Positions 25,455 to 37,100 of a DNA stretch of 64,000 nt are shown piece after piece. Location of the stretch: assembly GCA_003707115.1 (NCBI GenBank), contig PPNB01000004.1:1-64000 (forward strand), written 5' to 3'. This stretch comes from Tortispora ganteri. Lineage: Eukaryota. A program made the position numbers and the translations under genes. A model generated the notes under the pieces. That model worked only from the letters and a program-made list of their open reading frames with translations, did not search any database and was not told the DNA's origin. How positions within the stretch are numbered: position 1 is the first letter of the stretch; each line of letters begins with the position of its first letter.

Positions 25455-26600
25455 ATGACAGAGAAAATGCATGTAACAATTCCTGACTGGGAACTTCCGC
25501 GAATTGAAGATGCTGCAGTCCATAGTGGACCTAATGTAATAATAAGCGAGATGTCAAATTTACAAATTGGCTCGACCAGTCCTCATTTAGAAGATATCGA
25601 AAGAGCTTTCTTTGGAGACTCGATAGATAATGAAATGCTAAAAAAGTATGAGAATATGAAGTCACAATATGGTAAGAATGACTTCGATTCATTACTCGAT
25701 TCATATGATTCAAATTTAAATCTGAGAACGGATTTAAACATAGATGAACGGCATACTTTGAATAATTTGGAAGAGATTAATCAAGTAAATGAACCAATTT
25801 GGGGTAACTATGATTCGAAATATGGTAAATTTGCAAGAGATCTGTTACTTTCTATAAAGCAAGGATATACAGTGTCGGACAACCTGTATATATCGAACCA
25901 AACGTGGAAACAGAGTTGGAGACTGAGCAAATACGAATTTCGCATACCTATACTTGCAGACATTAACCGAGAATTAATAGCATTCGCTAGGAACTTGAAG
26001 CAAAATCAAGAAGGATGGGACAATCTGCTTCTAAAGTTAGAATCGTCATTGAAACAAGCTATTGAAATTCAAAAATCAAATCAAGGCATGGGAATCAACA
26101 GAAGCGCTTTCATAGAGCGGGGAATATTGCATAATCAAGAGAGCAGTGGCAATGGCAGTATATTAAGTAAATCTACTGTCTTCAGTGCTGCTTCTACGTT
26201 AAAGAATTTCAAACCATTTCTGAAGAAGACATTGAAGAGCAAATTCATTCCTCGAAAGAAAAGAAATGCAATTGCCAAACTGACAGAGAAAACAGCTGCT
26301 GGTCCAGCTGGTCAAGCAGAGGTTAAAAAGCACGAGCTTGTTAAGAAAACATTGGACGTTGAAGAACAGGATCTTAAAGCGAACGCATATATTGAGCTCC
26401 TATCACAAGTTTGTTATAGGATTGTTGAGATTGAAGAGATATTGAGTCCTGCGAATACTAATCCAGAAAATGTACAAGCCTCAACCCTAAATAAGCTGAA
26501 TATAATATACCACGATTTCATTATGGTATTCGTGATTGAGGATATAAGCGAATTAGTTCATTTTCAACTTGATAAAGAGCTAATTGAAATGCTTCGATGA
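25455..26600 (+). CDS. 381-aa helical protein, probably Spo77-like sporulation (prospore membrane closure) protein
   Basis: Long AT-rich ORF. C-terminal DLKANAYIELLSQVCYRIVEI...DFIMVFVIEDISEL resembles my recollection of S. cerevisiae Spo77 (IELLEQISYCLQEI...EDINAL). MSE-like TTTTGCG at 25431-25437. Confidence 0.5.
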   Translation: MTEKMHVTIPDWELPRIEDAAVHSGPNVIISEMSNLQIGSTSPHLEDIERAFFGDSIDNEMLKKYENMKSQYGKNDFDSLLDSYDSNLNLRTDLNIDERHTLNNLEEINQVNEPIWGNYDSKYGKFARDLLLSIKQGYTVSDNLYISNQTWKQSWRLSKYEFRIPILADINRELIAFARNLKQNQEGWDNLLLKLESSLKQAIEIQKSNQGMGINRSAFIERGILHNQESSGNGSILSKSTVFSAASTLKNFKPFLKKTLKSKFIPRKKRNAIAKLTEKTAAGPAGQAEVKKHELVKKTLDVEEQDLKANAYIELLSQVCYRIVEIEEILSPANTNPENVQASTLNKLNIIYHDFIMVFVIEDISELVHFQLDKELIEMLR

Positions 26601-26751
26601 GAGCAATCACACAAAAAAAAAAAAAGAAGAAAAGGAAAAACGGATTAACTAGCTATTAAATGCGAAAGTAGACAAGTTATTTGACAGCAATGAAACGGTA
26701 GTACCAGGTGGGGCTATATGAGTCAAGAGGGTAACTTAGATTTTGATTAAC

Positions 26752-27249
26752 ATGAGCGCGCCGCCACTAATGTCGTCAAACAAAAGAAGAGAACAAAGTA
26801 TACACGAGGACATCCAGGATGAAATGAAGAAGGAAACGAAGCGAGCGAAAATTTCAGACAATGATAACGCGATTTCGGAGGTTAAAAAGGAGAGCTCTGA
26901 TGACGAAAGTAAATTCGATGCGCCATTGAAGATTACCAAAGAAGATATCGATAACGATAACGACAACGACAACAAAGTACAAAAGAACCTTGAAGAAGAT
27001 TCTATTGCATTGAATGTCTTAGAGAAAGAAGGCGATGGTTATTATATATCATTGAGTGGATCAAAGAGGATTACAATATCGAAATTCAAAAATACACCCT
27101 TAGTCAGTATTCGCGAGTACTATTTGGACAAGTATTCAGGAGAATATAGACCAGGCAAAAAAGGAATTTCTTTGACTATTCCGGTGTGGAAAGAAATAAT
27201 TGAGAATATTCCTGCTATTGATATGGCATTAAAGAAAATCGATGGTTGA
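26752..27249 (+). CDS. SUB1: Transcriptional coactivator PC4/Sub1
   Basis: PC4 domain KRITISKFKNTPLVSIREYY...PGKKGISLT..W; first ATG at 26752. Confidence 0.9.
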   Translation: MSAPPLMSSNKRREQSIHEDIQDEMKKETKRAKISDNDNAISEVKKESSDDESKFDAPLKITKEDIDNDNDNDNKVQKNLEEDSIALNVLEKEGDGYYISLSGSKRITISKFKNTPLVSIREYYLDKYSGEYRPGKKGISLTIPVWKEIIENIPAIDMALKKIDG

Positions 27250-28742
27250 ATTGATTACTTTCATGAGAGCGAAACATATACAAATGGAATGCATTTGTTC
27301 ATGTTTCTATACAATATAAGAGCGTACTAAATGATCAAACATTCGTCGAATACTGCGAAATTTTTTTACTGCTTTATTGAATCATCAAGTGATTACCTTA
27401 TATCTGTGCATACTTTTGGTTTAATTAATACGTTTGATTAAGTCTGATAAGTAGACAGATTACAGCTTCTAATACATTAAAGCCCTGAACTTTAATGAGA
27501 GGCTTAGTAGATACATATACTTGTACTATCGTTTTTGGCTTATAAAAGATTTGCGTTTGTTTACTATTTATATGTTTTGAAAATAAAAAGTATTTTTGTC
27601 GTTTATTACTTTTGTTTCTTTTATAATCTCAATACCGGTGATTGTTGCTATAAAAAGTGATGAACGTTCTGCACCAAATTGACTACCCACTCTTCTGGAT
27701 CAATCACAGGCAATTGCACCTACCACGACAGTCATACACATGTCGTGCAATACCGTGTACGTACTTGAGCTATATATTTATAATTCTTACATACCAGAAT
27801 TGGTTCTGATTTTAGATATATTTCAATGCTCAGAAGAACAATTTAAATATCAAGTGCCGGTAAGTACGTATAATAAGGTTCCGTCAAACCTAATTCAGCT
27901 TACCTGCGGGCTCAGCCTTGAAAAATTACTTAGAGTAAAAGAATTCATTCACTGTAGCCATATTACGCTTTTAGCCTAGCAATAGATGCTATTGTTAGAA
28001 AATATGCGGTTTTTGCTTTTTTATGCTAGATAATACAGATCGGTAAAGTAACCGATAGAGTAGTTGTGTATGATTATAGTACACAAAATTAGATAATTCA
28101 ATAAAGTTTTAATTTGCTATTTTTGCTCGTTTTCAAGGTGAGTGTAGTGTATTCAGTAACATTCACATGTCTGGCGCTTTATGATAATAATAAGCATTAA
28201 AACGTAAATTATACAAATTCTTAATATAGCTATTCTACGAATTACTATATTTTGGATAAGACTTTTTTTTTTCTTATCGTAATAGGTGTAAATTAATCTT
28301 GCCTTAAAGAATGACGAAAGAGTCTGGTTGTTCCCCTCTAATAACTTTATTTCAAAATAAACCTTCTGGACTCCCCCACTACACCCGGGTCTACAATATG
28401 AGCCGCTCAAAGTCTCCTATCACTAAATCTAGCTATCTAAACGTGGTTTCATTTATCAATAAAACATCTAACCACCACTAATTTATCCTTTTACTTTAGT
28501 GTATTGCTTTTAAATTATCCTCCATTATTGTTTTATCCTTGCAAAGTTTTTTTTTCTTTTTTTGGTCATAGTTGCTGTCAGAAATATCTTGTTTTCTCCT
28601 TTTGTTTAGGCTTCCTTTTGACATCTGCTTTCTGACGCTATCTTTGCTTTTTTTTTTGACTTCCACTCCCCCTTCTTAGTTCATACTTTGCCTTTCGGTT
28701 TCCTTTTATCTTTCAGTTAATGAAACCAGAAATTTCGAAATC

Positions 28743-30914
28743 ATGGAAGCCCATAATTATTCAAAACCACGACATTCAAGGTCGCATTCGGAAGCTGCTT
28801 CTCAATCGCAATATTTCGACAACTTCCTTTTCGAATCCGAACGTTTTGAGGAACTCTCCCGCTCATGGAGACGAGAGACTCTTCCTAAAGATATTGATAA
28901 TTCTATGTTCGATTCAAATTTCTTATTAAGTCATCCAAATTCGATTTCGAACACCACTTCCGCTGCTGTTCCTGCTTCAAGCGAACTGTCTCCTCACTTC
29001 TCTCATCAATTATATTCTTCAGACGCCAACTCTGCTCCTCCATCTTCTCACCTTTCAAGCAATTTGTCTCCAAGCTTCCTCAATAAACCTTTCTCTCCTA
29101 CTATTACACAATTACCTCCTTCCGATTTTAATCTCCACCCTTTCCTCACTGATTCTAGACAGGACCTAACCACAATACTTCCTGCATCTGCGGCCCCCGC
29201 CATTATTCCTGCCTCTACTCCTAACTCTCGCTCTCTTCACCATAGAACAAAATCTCTTCCGCATATATTTGATTCTGTCACAATCCAATCGCCAAAGCGC
29301 ATGAAACAATCTCTTAGTCGCCACGAATCTTCCCCTCACATACGACCCGGCCAAGTTATCAAACCTTCGCCGTCTCCAAAGCGCCCAAAGTCTCCAACCA
29401 GATCTTCATTTACTCGTGCTCTGAAATCTCCTAACTGTATTTCTCCATTGCGAAGATCTCCAAAGAAAACTGTAGATATACAGTCAACTATCTCCGAGGC
29501 CGATCAAGATGATATACGTGCCGTCTCTTTAGAGAACGGGCCTTCTCTCTTCAGAGTGACGTGGGAAACTGAAGGCGTCGAATGCCTTCAATTGGCTGTT
29601 AATAAGACTCTAGTCACAAGAAGACTAGATAATAACATGATTAATGGAACTAAAATGCTTAATACCGCAGATATAACAAGAGGAAAACGTGATGGAATGC
29701 TGAAACAACAGGAACACAGAATAATCATCAAGCAGGGCTTGATGCCTTTTAAAGGAGTTTGGATCACTTTAGAATCCGCTAAAAATTTAGCTGAACAAGC
29801 CAATATATCTTCTTTGCTTTTCCCTCTCCTTGAGCAAGATGTTGAACAGGTGGTTATGGAACAAAATATTGAGGTAGCAGATCATCGTGATCCTTCGAAC
29901 TCACTTCCTGAACGGAACCCTTATTCAGATCCTCCGACGCTTGCTCCTGCCTCTATAAGCCCACCAGGTTCAGATGCCTCTGAAAGAAGTTCATGCACTC
30001 TCGACGAGAAGAGTTTTAATGATGCATTTTTCAATGCTCATGCACCTAGAGCTTTAAATCAGTACGAAATAGCGCGTACAATGAACTCCTCTTCTCAGCG
30101 CCTTACTATACATAATGATTCTTATAATCCGAGTATCATGATGTCTGCGGCTAGCTCATCTGACTCAATGCCGGTACAAAAATCTATACAAAACACATTC
30201 TCTTCAGGTAATATGAAGAATAGCACTCCCTCTCTTTCGTCCACACAGTCATCTGCGAATTCTGTTATAAGGCCGCACGCACACAGAAGAACCACGGCGG
30301 AGTCATTTGGAAGTATAAAGTTTGCTGATGATTTTGATAATTTACGACTAGGTGACTATACTGAAGCCGACGATTTTCGAAGTATTCAAGCTAGCCAAGA
30401 TTTTTTTATGGATAATACTTCTATACAACTGAATTCTATTGGAAACGATCACTCTAATTTTGGAACAGTCGGTCACTTAGATTCGAATTTGAGTCCAGAA
30501 ATATTTCTCTCAAAAGATACTAACTTGAGTTCGCTTCAAGTTAATCGTTTTAAACAACTATCTAATTCAACTTCCGGTTCCGATACGAACAGGAGTTCAA
30601 CAGATTTAGAAAATCTAAATATTGCAGATACTGCTGAATCTGATGAAGCTTCGTACAGCACACGAGAGTCTATTAAGAGCTTATACCCTTTACAAAATAC
30701 TCTTTTGTCTAGTCATGAAAAAAGAACTCCTCACCAAAGATCATCTAGTGAAGGAACAGATATTGCCATGTTCAAATACATTTCCTTCTCTCCCGACGTC
30801 TCCCAGGGCTCATCGCATTCGCGCAATATATCCGGTGATCACAGCCACAATGGCGACTCAAAACTCTACTTCTCTCCGAACAAAGGACTGGGTCTTATGT
30901 TTCATGAGGAATGA
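28743..30914 (+). CDS. APSES (KilA-N) transcription factor, divergent StuA/Efg1/Sok2-Phd1 type
   Basis: VTWETEGVECLQL...VTRRLDNNMINGTKMLN..ITRGKRDGMLK...KGVWI..LLFPLL, flanked by Ser-rich disordered regions; no ankyrin repeats seen. Confidence 0.85.
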   Translation: MEAHNYSKPRHSRSHSEAASQSQYFDNFLFESERFEELSRSWRRETLPKDIDNSMFDSNFLLSHPNSISNTTSAAVPASSELSPHFSHQLYSSDANSAPPSSHLSSNLSPSFLNKPFSPTITQLPPSDFNLHPFLTDSRQDLTTILPASAAPAIIPASTPNSRSLHHRTKSLPHIFDSVTIQSPKRMKQSLSRHESSPHIRPGQVIKPSPSPKRPKSPTRSSFTRALKSPNCISPLRRSPKKTVDIQSTISEADQDDIRAVSLENGPSLFRVTWETEGVECLQLAVNKTLVTRRLDNNMINGTKMLNTADITRGKRDGMLKQQEHRIIIKQGLMPFKGVWITLESAKNLAEQANISSLLFPLLEQDVEQVVMEQNIEVADHRDPSNSLPERNPYSDPPTLAPASISPPGSDASERSSCTLDEKSFNDAFFNAHAPRALNQYEIARTMNSSSQRLTIHNDSYNPSIMMSAASSSDSMPVQKSIQNTFSSGNMKNSTPSLSSTQSSANSVIRPHAHRRTTAESFGSIKFADDFDNLRLGDYTEADDFRSIQASQDFFMDNTSIQLNSIGNDHSNFGTVGHLDSNLSPEIFLSKDTNLSSLQVNRFKQLSNSTSGSDTNRSSTDLENLNIADTAESDEASYSTRESIKSLYPLQNTLLSSHEKRTPHQRSSSEGTDIAMFKYISFSPDVSQGSSHSRNISGDHSHNGDSKLYFSPNKGLGLMFHEE

Positions 30915-31127
30915 TAAGTCCTTTATTACTACTGAAATATTTGAAGCTTAAATATCATTTCTACGAACCAACCGCACCACTCTACTGGCTGTTGTGGTTT
31001 TCATTTATACTACAATAGCGATGAAGATATTGAATCTCTGAAGGTTCGCGTAGTGACAATCAAAAGGAAAAATATTACAAATATACTATAATCTCAAAGT
31101 GTAAAGAAAGTTAATTGGTAGTATATC

Positions 31128-34100
31128 TCAATTTTCAATTCCTCCAATGGCCCATATCTCTGATTCGTCTTCGAATCTATCGGCATAAACAGCTTCAGGG
31201 TCACCACCAGCTTCTATTCTATCTTTTTCAGCTTCAACAAGACGCATAGCAATGCGGCGAGTATAATCAGTAATACTGCGCTGATTCGGCAACAAGGGAG
31301 GTTGAATATCTTTTATAGATTCCATCCATTTAGTAAGCTGTTTATCGCCATACTCTGACATTTGAAATAACGCCAGGAAACATTTTTCAGCCGCTAGCTT
31401 TATTGGAATTACCGTATCTCGAACGCTAGCATATACCGCTGGTGCCAACTCATTCATATGCGGTTTTACGTAATCGATTCTTAGACGTGAAACAGTTCGA
31501 ATGGTCACTAGACTGAGGCGCCTAGTATCAGTGGACGCCGATGGCGGAGAAGTTATGGCAGATGCAAGTGCACATATGAGATCTTTTCTCTGTTCAAATG
31601 AAAGCTCAAAATCATTTGACAGTAGTAATTTACCAGCTGCGACAACGCTATTATCTGATATTAAAGGTGATGTGCTCATAATACCCCTAGTAACAACGCT
31701 GGAAAGAACAGACAGTGTAACGGTACTATTTATGCTGGCACCAGCATACTTGATAATAGAATTTAGAGTCAATATCTCAGTGTATGACATATTATCCACA
31801 TCGTCGGTACGTGAAAGAATTTCGGACGAGATTAATCGCTCAGCCTCATCAGATGGAAGAACCTGCAAGAGATGGCCAACTAACAAGGCACTATCAATGG
31901 CAGATCTCCCTTTAGCGGCCTTACCCGCCGATCTCGCAAGTTCCAGAACTGCAATCTGGGAAGTGGCGGACATGTTAGTGCCGCCTTTGGAGACAATCTG
32001 CACAAGTGACCGCATAATCGCTGCTCGTACAGAAGTGTCTGGGGTAGACTTGTAAGTCTGGCAAAGTTCAGAAATAAGAGGATCAACGCGCGGTTGAGAT
32101 TCTATCAACGTTCCTAGCGCAGTAGCAGCTTCTAAGCGTAAACTTTCGTTGCCAATATCGGTAAGAGAACGAACAAATGTTCTTTGAAGTTGAGGAAAGA
32201 ATGGCTTCAGGAACTGAGGAACTTTTAAAAGCATTAAATCAAGGGCTTGGATAATAGCAACCTTGACATCTGTGGCAAATCGCTCACCGACAATACGAAT
32301 TAATGGACCTGTCATTTGTGTGACAAAAGGTTTTAAGTACTCAGGACTTGTATGGTCCACAATCTCAGAAATACCTTTAGCAGATGCTTCTCTCTCTGTG
32401 TTGCTACCATACATCAGACCTTGTAAAAATATAGGCAATACCGCACTTGGTCCTTTAGGCCGACATAAACCAGCAATTTCTTCAGATTTCAAAAATGAAG
32501 AGCTGAAAATGTGCTCTGTTTCAACACTGTGCTTTTGTAACTCTTCTTTGGACATATTAGAGGTAAGAGCTTTCATAGCTTTCCAAGAAGCTGCCACTAG
32601 CTCTTCCTGAGAATCGTTGAAAACCATTAGACACTCAGAAATCCAGTCACTTATGTAATTAGAGTAATTCAGAGTGCTATTCTCAAAGAAATGCTCCATA
32701 TGGTCAAACAAGATGATCCTTTTGGCTTTGACTTCATTTCGTGCAAGACCAAGTAATAACTGCATCAGAGTATTAGGGCCTTGAGAATCATCCACCGCAA
32801 GTATAACAGAGTCAAAGGCATTGGAAAGAGCTTTCTCCGTTTCTGTATCAGGCTTATCTATTATTGCATCAACTAAAGCGTTGACAATGCTAGTAAGTTT
32901 TTTGGATAGATCACGCCCCACTACCGGTGCCAAAGCGCCAATTGCGTACGCATTAAACGATGTAATCGGAGGAGTAATCAAAGAAGAAGCGACGCTGGGG
33001 AAAACAGAGGAATTAGTGAGTAATATTTCCTTTAGAGCAGACAAGGCATTGTGTGATTTATCCTCATCGAAATCGCTGAACTGAGATAAAAGTTTAGGCA
33101 CCACATGATCAATCGCAGTTGAGCCAAGTTTATCTTGAAGAACGTCAAACGTGCTTGCAGCCGCTTCACGGGTAATTTCATCCGAATCAGAAAGGGCATT
33201 CTGCACAATGCGTATTAATTGGCCTTCATACGGACGAATATCTTCAACACTAGTGGATTCAATAATTTCACGCAGAGCGATGCATACACCTTCATTGGCT
33301 TGTTCACCTTCTGCAATACTGCGCTCAAACGCTGGTAACATTTGTGACAGTACCAAGTCTCCAACACGGCGAACTAAATCACCCAGAACACCAGCTGCAA
33401 TTGATTTCTGCTCAATATTCGAGTCGGAAAGTCGGCGAACAACCATCTGACTAAGAACGGGTAAAATTTCTTTCACAGTTTTTGGTGTATTTACCACTAA
33501 AGATTTCCATACCGCTAAGGAAGAAGAGCGAACCTGACCAGACGTATCCGATCTGCACATGTATAGCGCAGAAAGAATACGATGCCAGCGTTCTATACCC
33601 AAAGCCTCAATTATTTTGGCTTGTAAGTTGTTATAAATGATGTCATCTTCATCTTGCTCTTCATCTAAATCTGTTCTTCTGCTGATACCGGCGCACTGGA
33701 AAAGAAGTTCTCCAGTCAGTTCCACCGAACTCAAGCGAATTCTAAAGCTAGAATTAGAGAGACCCTTCTCAAGTTCTGGAAGCAAAAGATCAATTGATTT
33801 GGCCGCGTAGTTCTTTACGATGAGCCTACCAGCACGCAATGCAGTCTCTCGGATAGTATCGACATCGTCTGCTAAACGAGCTAGCACGCAAGGAATAACT
33901 CGGCTAAGGTAGGTACTGAAGATATTACCAAAAGCGGCAGGGAAAAAGATAAGAAGCGACGCAAATCCGTCTCTAACATTGCGATCAGGCGAGGTTGTAG
34001 ATTGTAAAACCGAAGGAAGAATCTCGTCAAGTTTGCCGACACCTAATCCATACACAACTTCAGCAAGACCCTGAGCTGCACCCAAACGATCAGTTTGAGA

Positions 34101-37100
34101 ATCGCTGTTTTGTAAAATGCTCAACAACTGAGGAATCAATTGAGGAATTTGATCTTCACCGAACTTCTCAGCCAAAGAACCAAGGGCTCTGCTAGCAGTA
34201 GCTCTGGTCGCAGGAACAGGATCTATTATAACAGATTGTAAATCAGATACAAGATCATGCAGGTATGGGATCAAATCATGAGGATCTGTTAAAATTGTCA
34301 TATTGCCAACAATTTTTGAAGCCTTTTGTTTGGAAGAGCTTGAGCGCTCGTGTAGTGCGCGATGGATAATATGCATAACTAAAGCCAAAGACGGAGCGTC
34401 AATAAAATGATCAAATTTCATAGAAATAAGTGCATCTAGGGCCTTGTCAGTGTTCCTTATAGGATCACTTATCGCGTCAATCAAGATAGAGGCAATAGAA
34501 TGAATCTCAGGGTTCGTTATACTGTCGCCAAATTTACTCAGGGCAGCATTGGCAGAACTGCGAATTTCTTTGTGTGAATCATTGAGAACAGATACAATCT
34601 CTGGTATAATTGAAGAGAGTGACCTTGAAAGCTGAGCCGGGTTAAGATACGCCATAGAACCAAGCAACTCTACAGCTCCTTTAGTTGCACGCCAATGATC
34701 GTCTCGAAGTTGGTTTAACGCAATAGGAATGATAAGTTTCACTCCGTATACCGTAGTGTTCTGCATAATTGCCACAGTAGCATCATTGCTTGCTTGCCTC
34801 ACTTGTGGAGACACGTCTCCAAGAGCAGTAAGAATATGAGGCAACAATATAATAACGTAAGGTTCCATAGTTCTGCCTAATATGGTCGATAGACATTCGA
34901 TAAGTACCATAGATCCCTCCCGCGCGGTTGTAGAACGTTTATTAGAAATTCCTTCTTCAACACGCGAGACAATTTTCAAAGAGGTGAAGCTGGATAAGCC
35001 TAAACCTTTAACAATTCCAGCTAATGCATAAGCTGATCCTCGAATTTGAGCGTAAGATTTTCCATTAAAGATCTCATCAAATAGGCGATCAGTAATGCTG
35101 ACATCAAGAGGCTTAAGAGACTCTATAAGAGGTGGAAGACAAGTAGCAACAGCATACTGTACTTCTTCAGAAGGAGTAGCAGCTGTATCCAAAAGTCTCG
35201 AAACGATAGGCTGTATGCGACTATCGCCTTTCTTGAAGTTCCAAGCCAAACAGCCGTAACAGACTATAACAGTTGTATGAATGAAATCATCGGTGGCAGT
35301 GTTTCCATGGGTACTATTCAGATAATTTTCAAACAAAGATATCATCTCTGCCACAAAATTAAGACCGTGAACTTGCACGCATTCAGTACCAACATCTTGC
35401 ATAGCTTTGCGAACTTGGACAACAGCATCCCCCGAAGCTCCACCTTCAATAAGAAACTTTAGAACTTTTAATACATCAGAGCCTGACATGCAGCAAACTA
35501 TATATTTTAGCGCTAGAGCAACACCATGTCGTACACGCCAATTCTCCTTTTTTATATCTGAAGCTTTAACAAAAGCGCGCGGATCTCGCTTTGATGCTTT
35601 TATATCGTCATTGTATAGTTCAAATAATTCATCCACCACCTTACTCGTAAGCGTAGAATCATCAAGTGACGACAATGCTTTCCCTATACTTTTTGCAGCA
35701 GCCAAGCGAATTCCATCATCCTCGCGAGCAAGCAGAGCAACTATCGGCGGAATAATTTCACTCGAAACCTTCATTTCATTTTCTTCCCAGATTTGAGATG
35801 CATGGAGCTTATTTAACTCTATGGAATCAAACATATCTACCCAAATCTGAAAGGAATAAGACATTTCTAAAGTCATTTCCGCGTCTATGACCTCCAATGC
35901 AAGACTGCGAGATGTGGCATCTGGAGATATAGACATATCTAGCAAAGATTCAGTTTCTGGCAACGATATATTGGGTGAAATTGCTTGACATATCCCAACA
36001 ATGCAGTTTCTGATATCCTTAGAAAGATGTGTAAATTTCTGATAGCTCTGCTGTAGTAATTTCAGGCAAGTTAATCTAGGCATTTGTTCCTCCGAGAACA
36101 GCTCAGAATTCAATGAAAGGTTATCGAAAGACAATATAAGTTGTTCGTTAATTGTTTCTGAATCTTTCACACCAGATCCTCCGTTTTGAATAATATGGAA
36201 TATTAAGGGCAAAATATAGGAGAAAGTCAAAAGATCAAACATGGCTTGTTCTGATAAAAATCTGACCCTGTGCAGGATCTTCAGGACCAGTTCATGAACA
36301 GAAATATCATTAAAATCGAGATATTTTCCATGTATTTTCATACATTTCATAATAACCGATCCCATCACTGGGCGTAAATCAGAAATCCGAGAACTGCAGA
36401 AATTAGAAAGCGATGTGTACAAAGCTGATAATTTATTGTCCAGTAGTTTGTCCGCACCGGCAGTGAGGAGAGAAACAATGAAAGGAATCAAGGTGGGGTA
36501 CCAGATATTTTCTCCATTATTAACACCTTTGGAAAGAGAGTCAATAACTGAAAATGCAATGAAACAATTCTTGTATAATGACTGAACAGAATATCTAATC
36601 TCACTTTCCTTTTCCAGTTGTTCCTGGATCTTCGCATGTTCATCTTTGGTAAGTTTCTTAGATGTGTTGTTCTTCTTAGCAATGTCACGGCGAACTTGCT
36701 CCTCCCATAGAGCGGTTTCACGGTCAGTGCCATTAACAGGTTTTTGAAAAGATTCATTAGAGTTCAACACATTTATAACTGGTAAAGGTCCAGGATTAGC
36801 TCTCCAGATATCAATATCTATATCGCTTAGACTAGACAGGTTTATGGGAAGACTAGTAACAGTGCTGCAAGCAAAATGTGCAAAACTTTCCGGACTGATG
36901 AAACAAAGAGTAGAAAGAAGATCGCTAGCGGCCTGTACGAAAAGAGGATCCTGAAGGTTCAAAAATTCCAAGATTTTAGCTTTGAAAACCTCTTCATGAG
37001 CATCCACTAAAGATTTTGGATCAATCTTAACAGCTAGACAAAAATCAATCCAGGAATGCCTAGTAGGAACTAATTTATGGTGCAAAAGCAGAGCCGATCG

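Noticed and set aside
27657..27809. GTGATGA...CTGA pair as a second C/D snoRNA
   Set aside because: No convincing terminal stem and no rRNA complementarity I could recognise.
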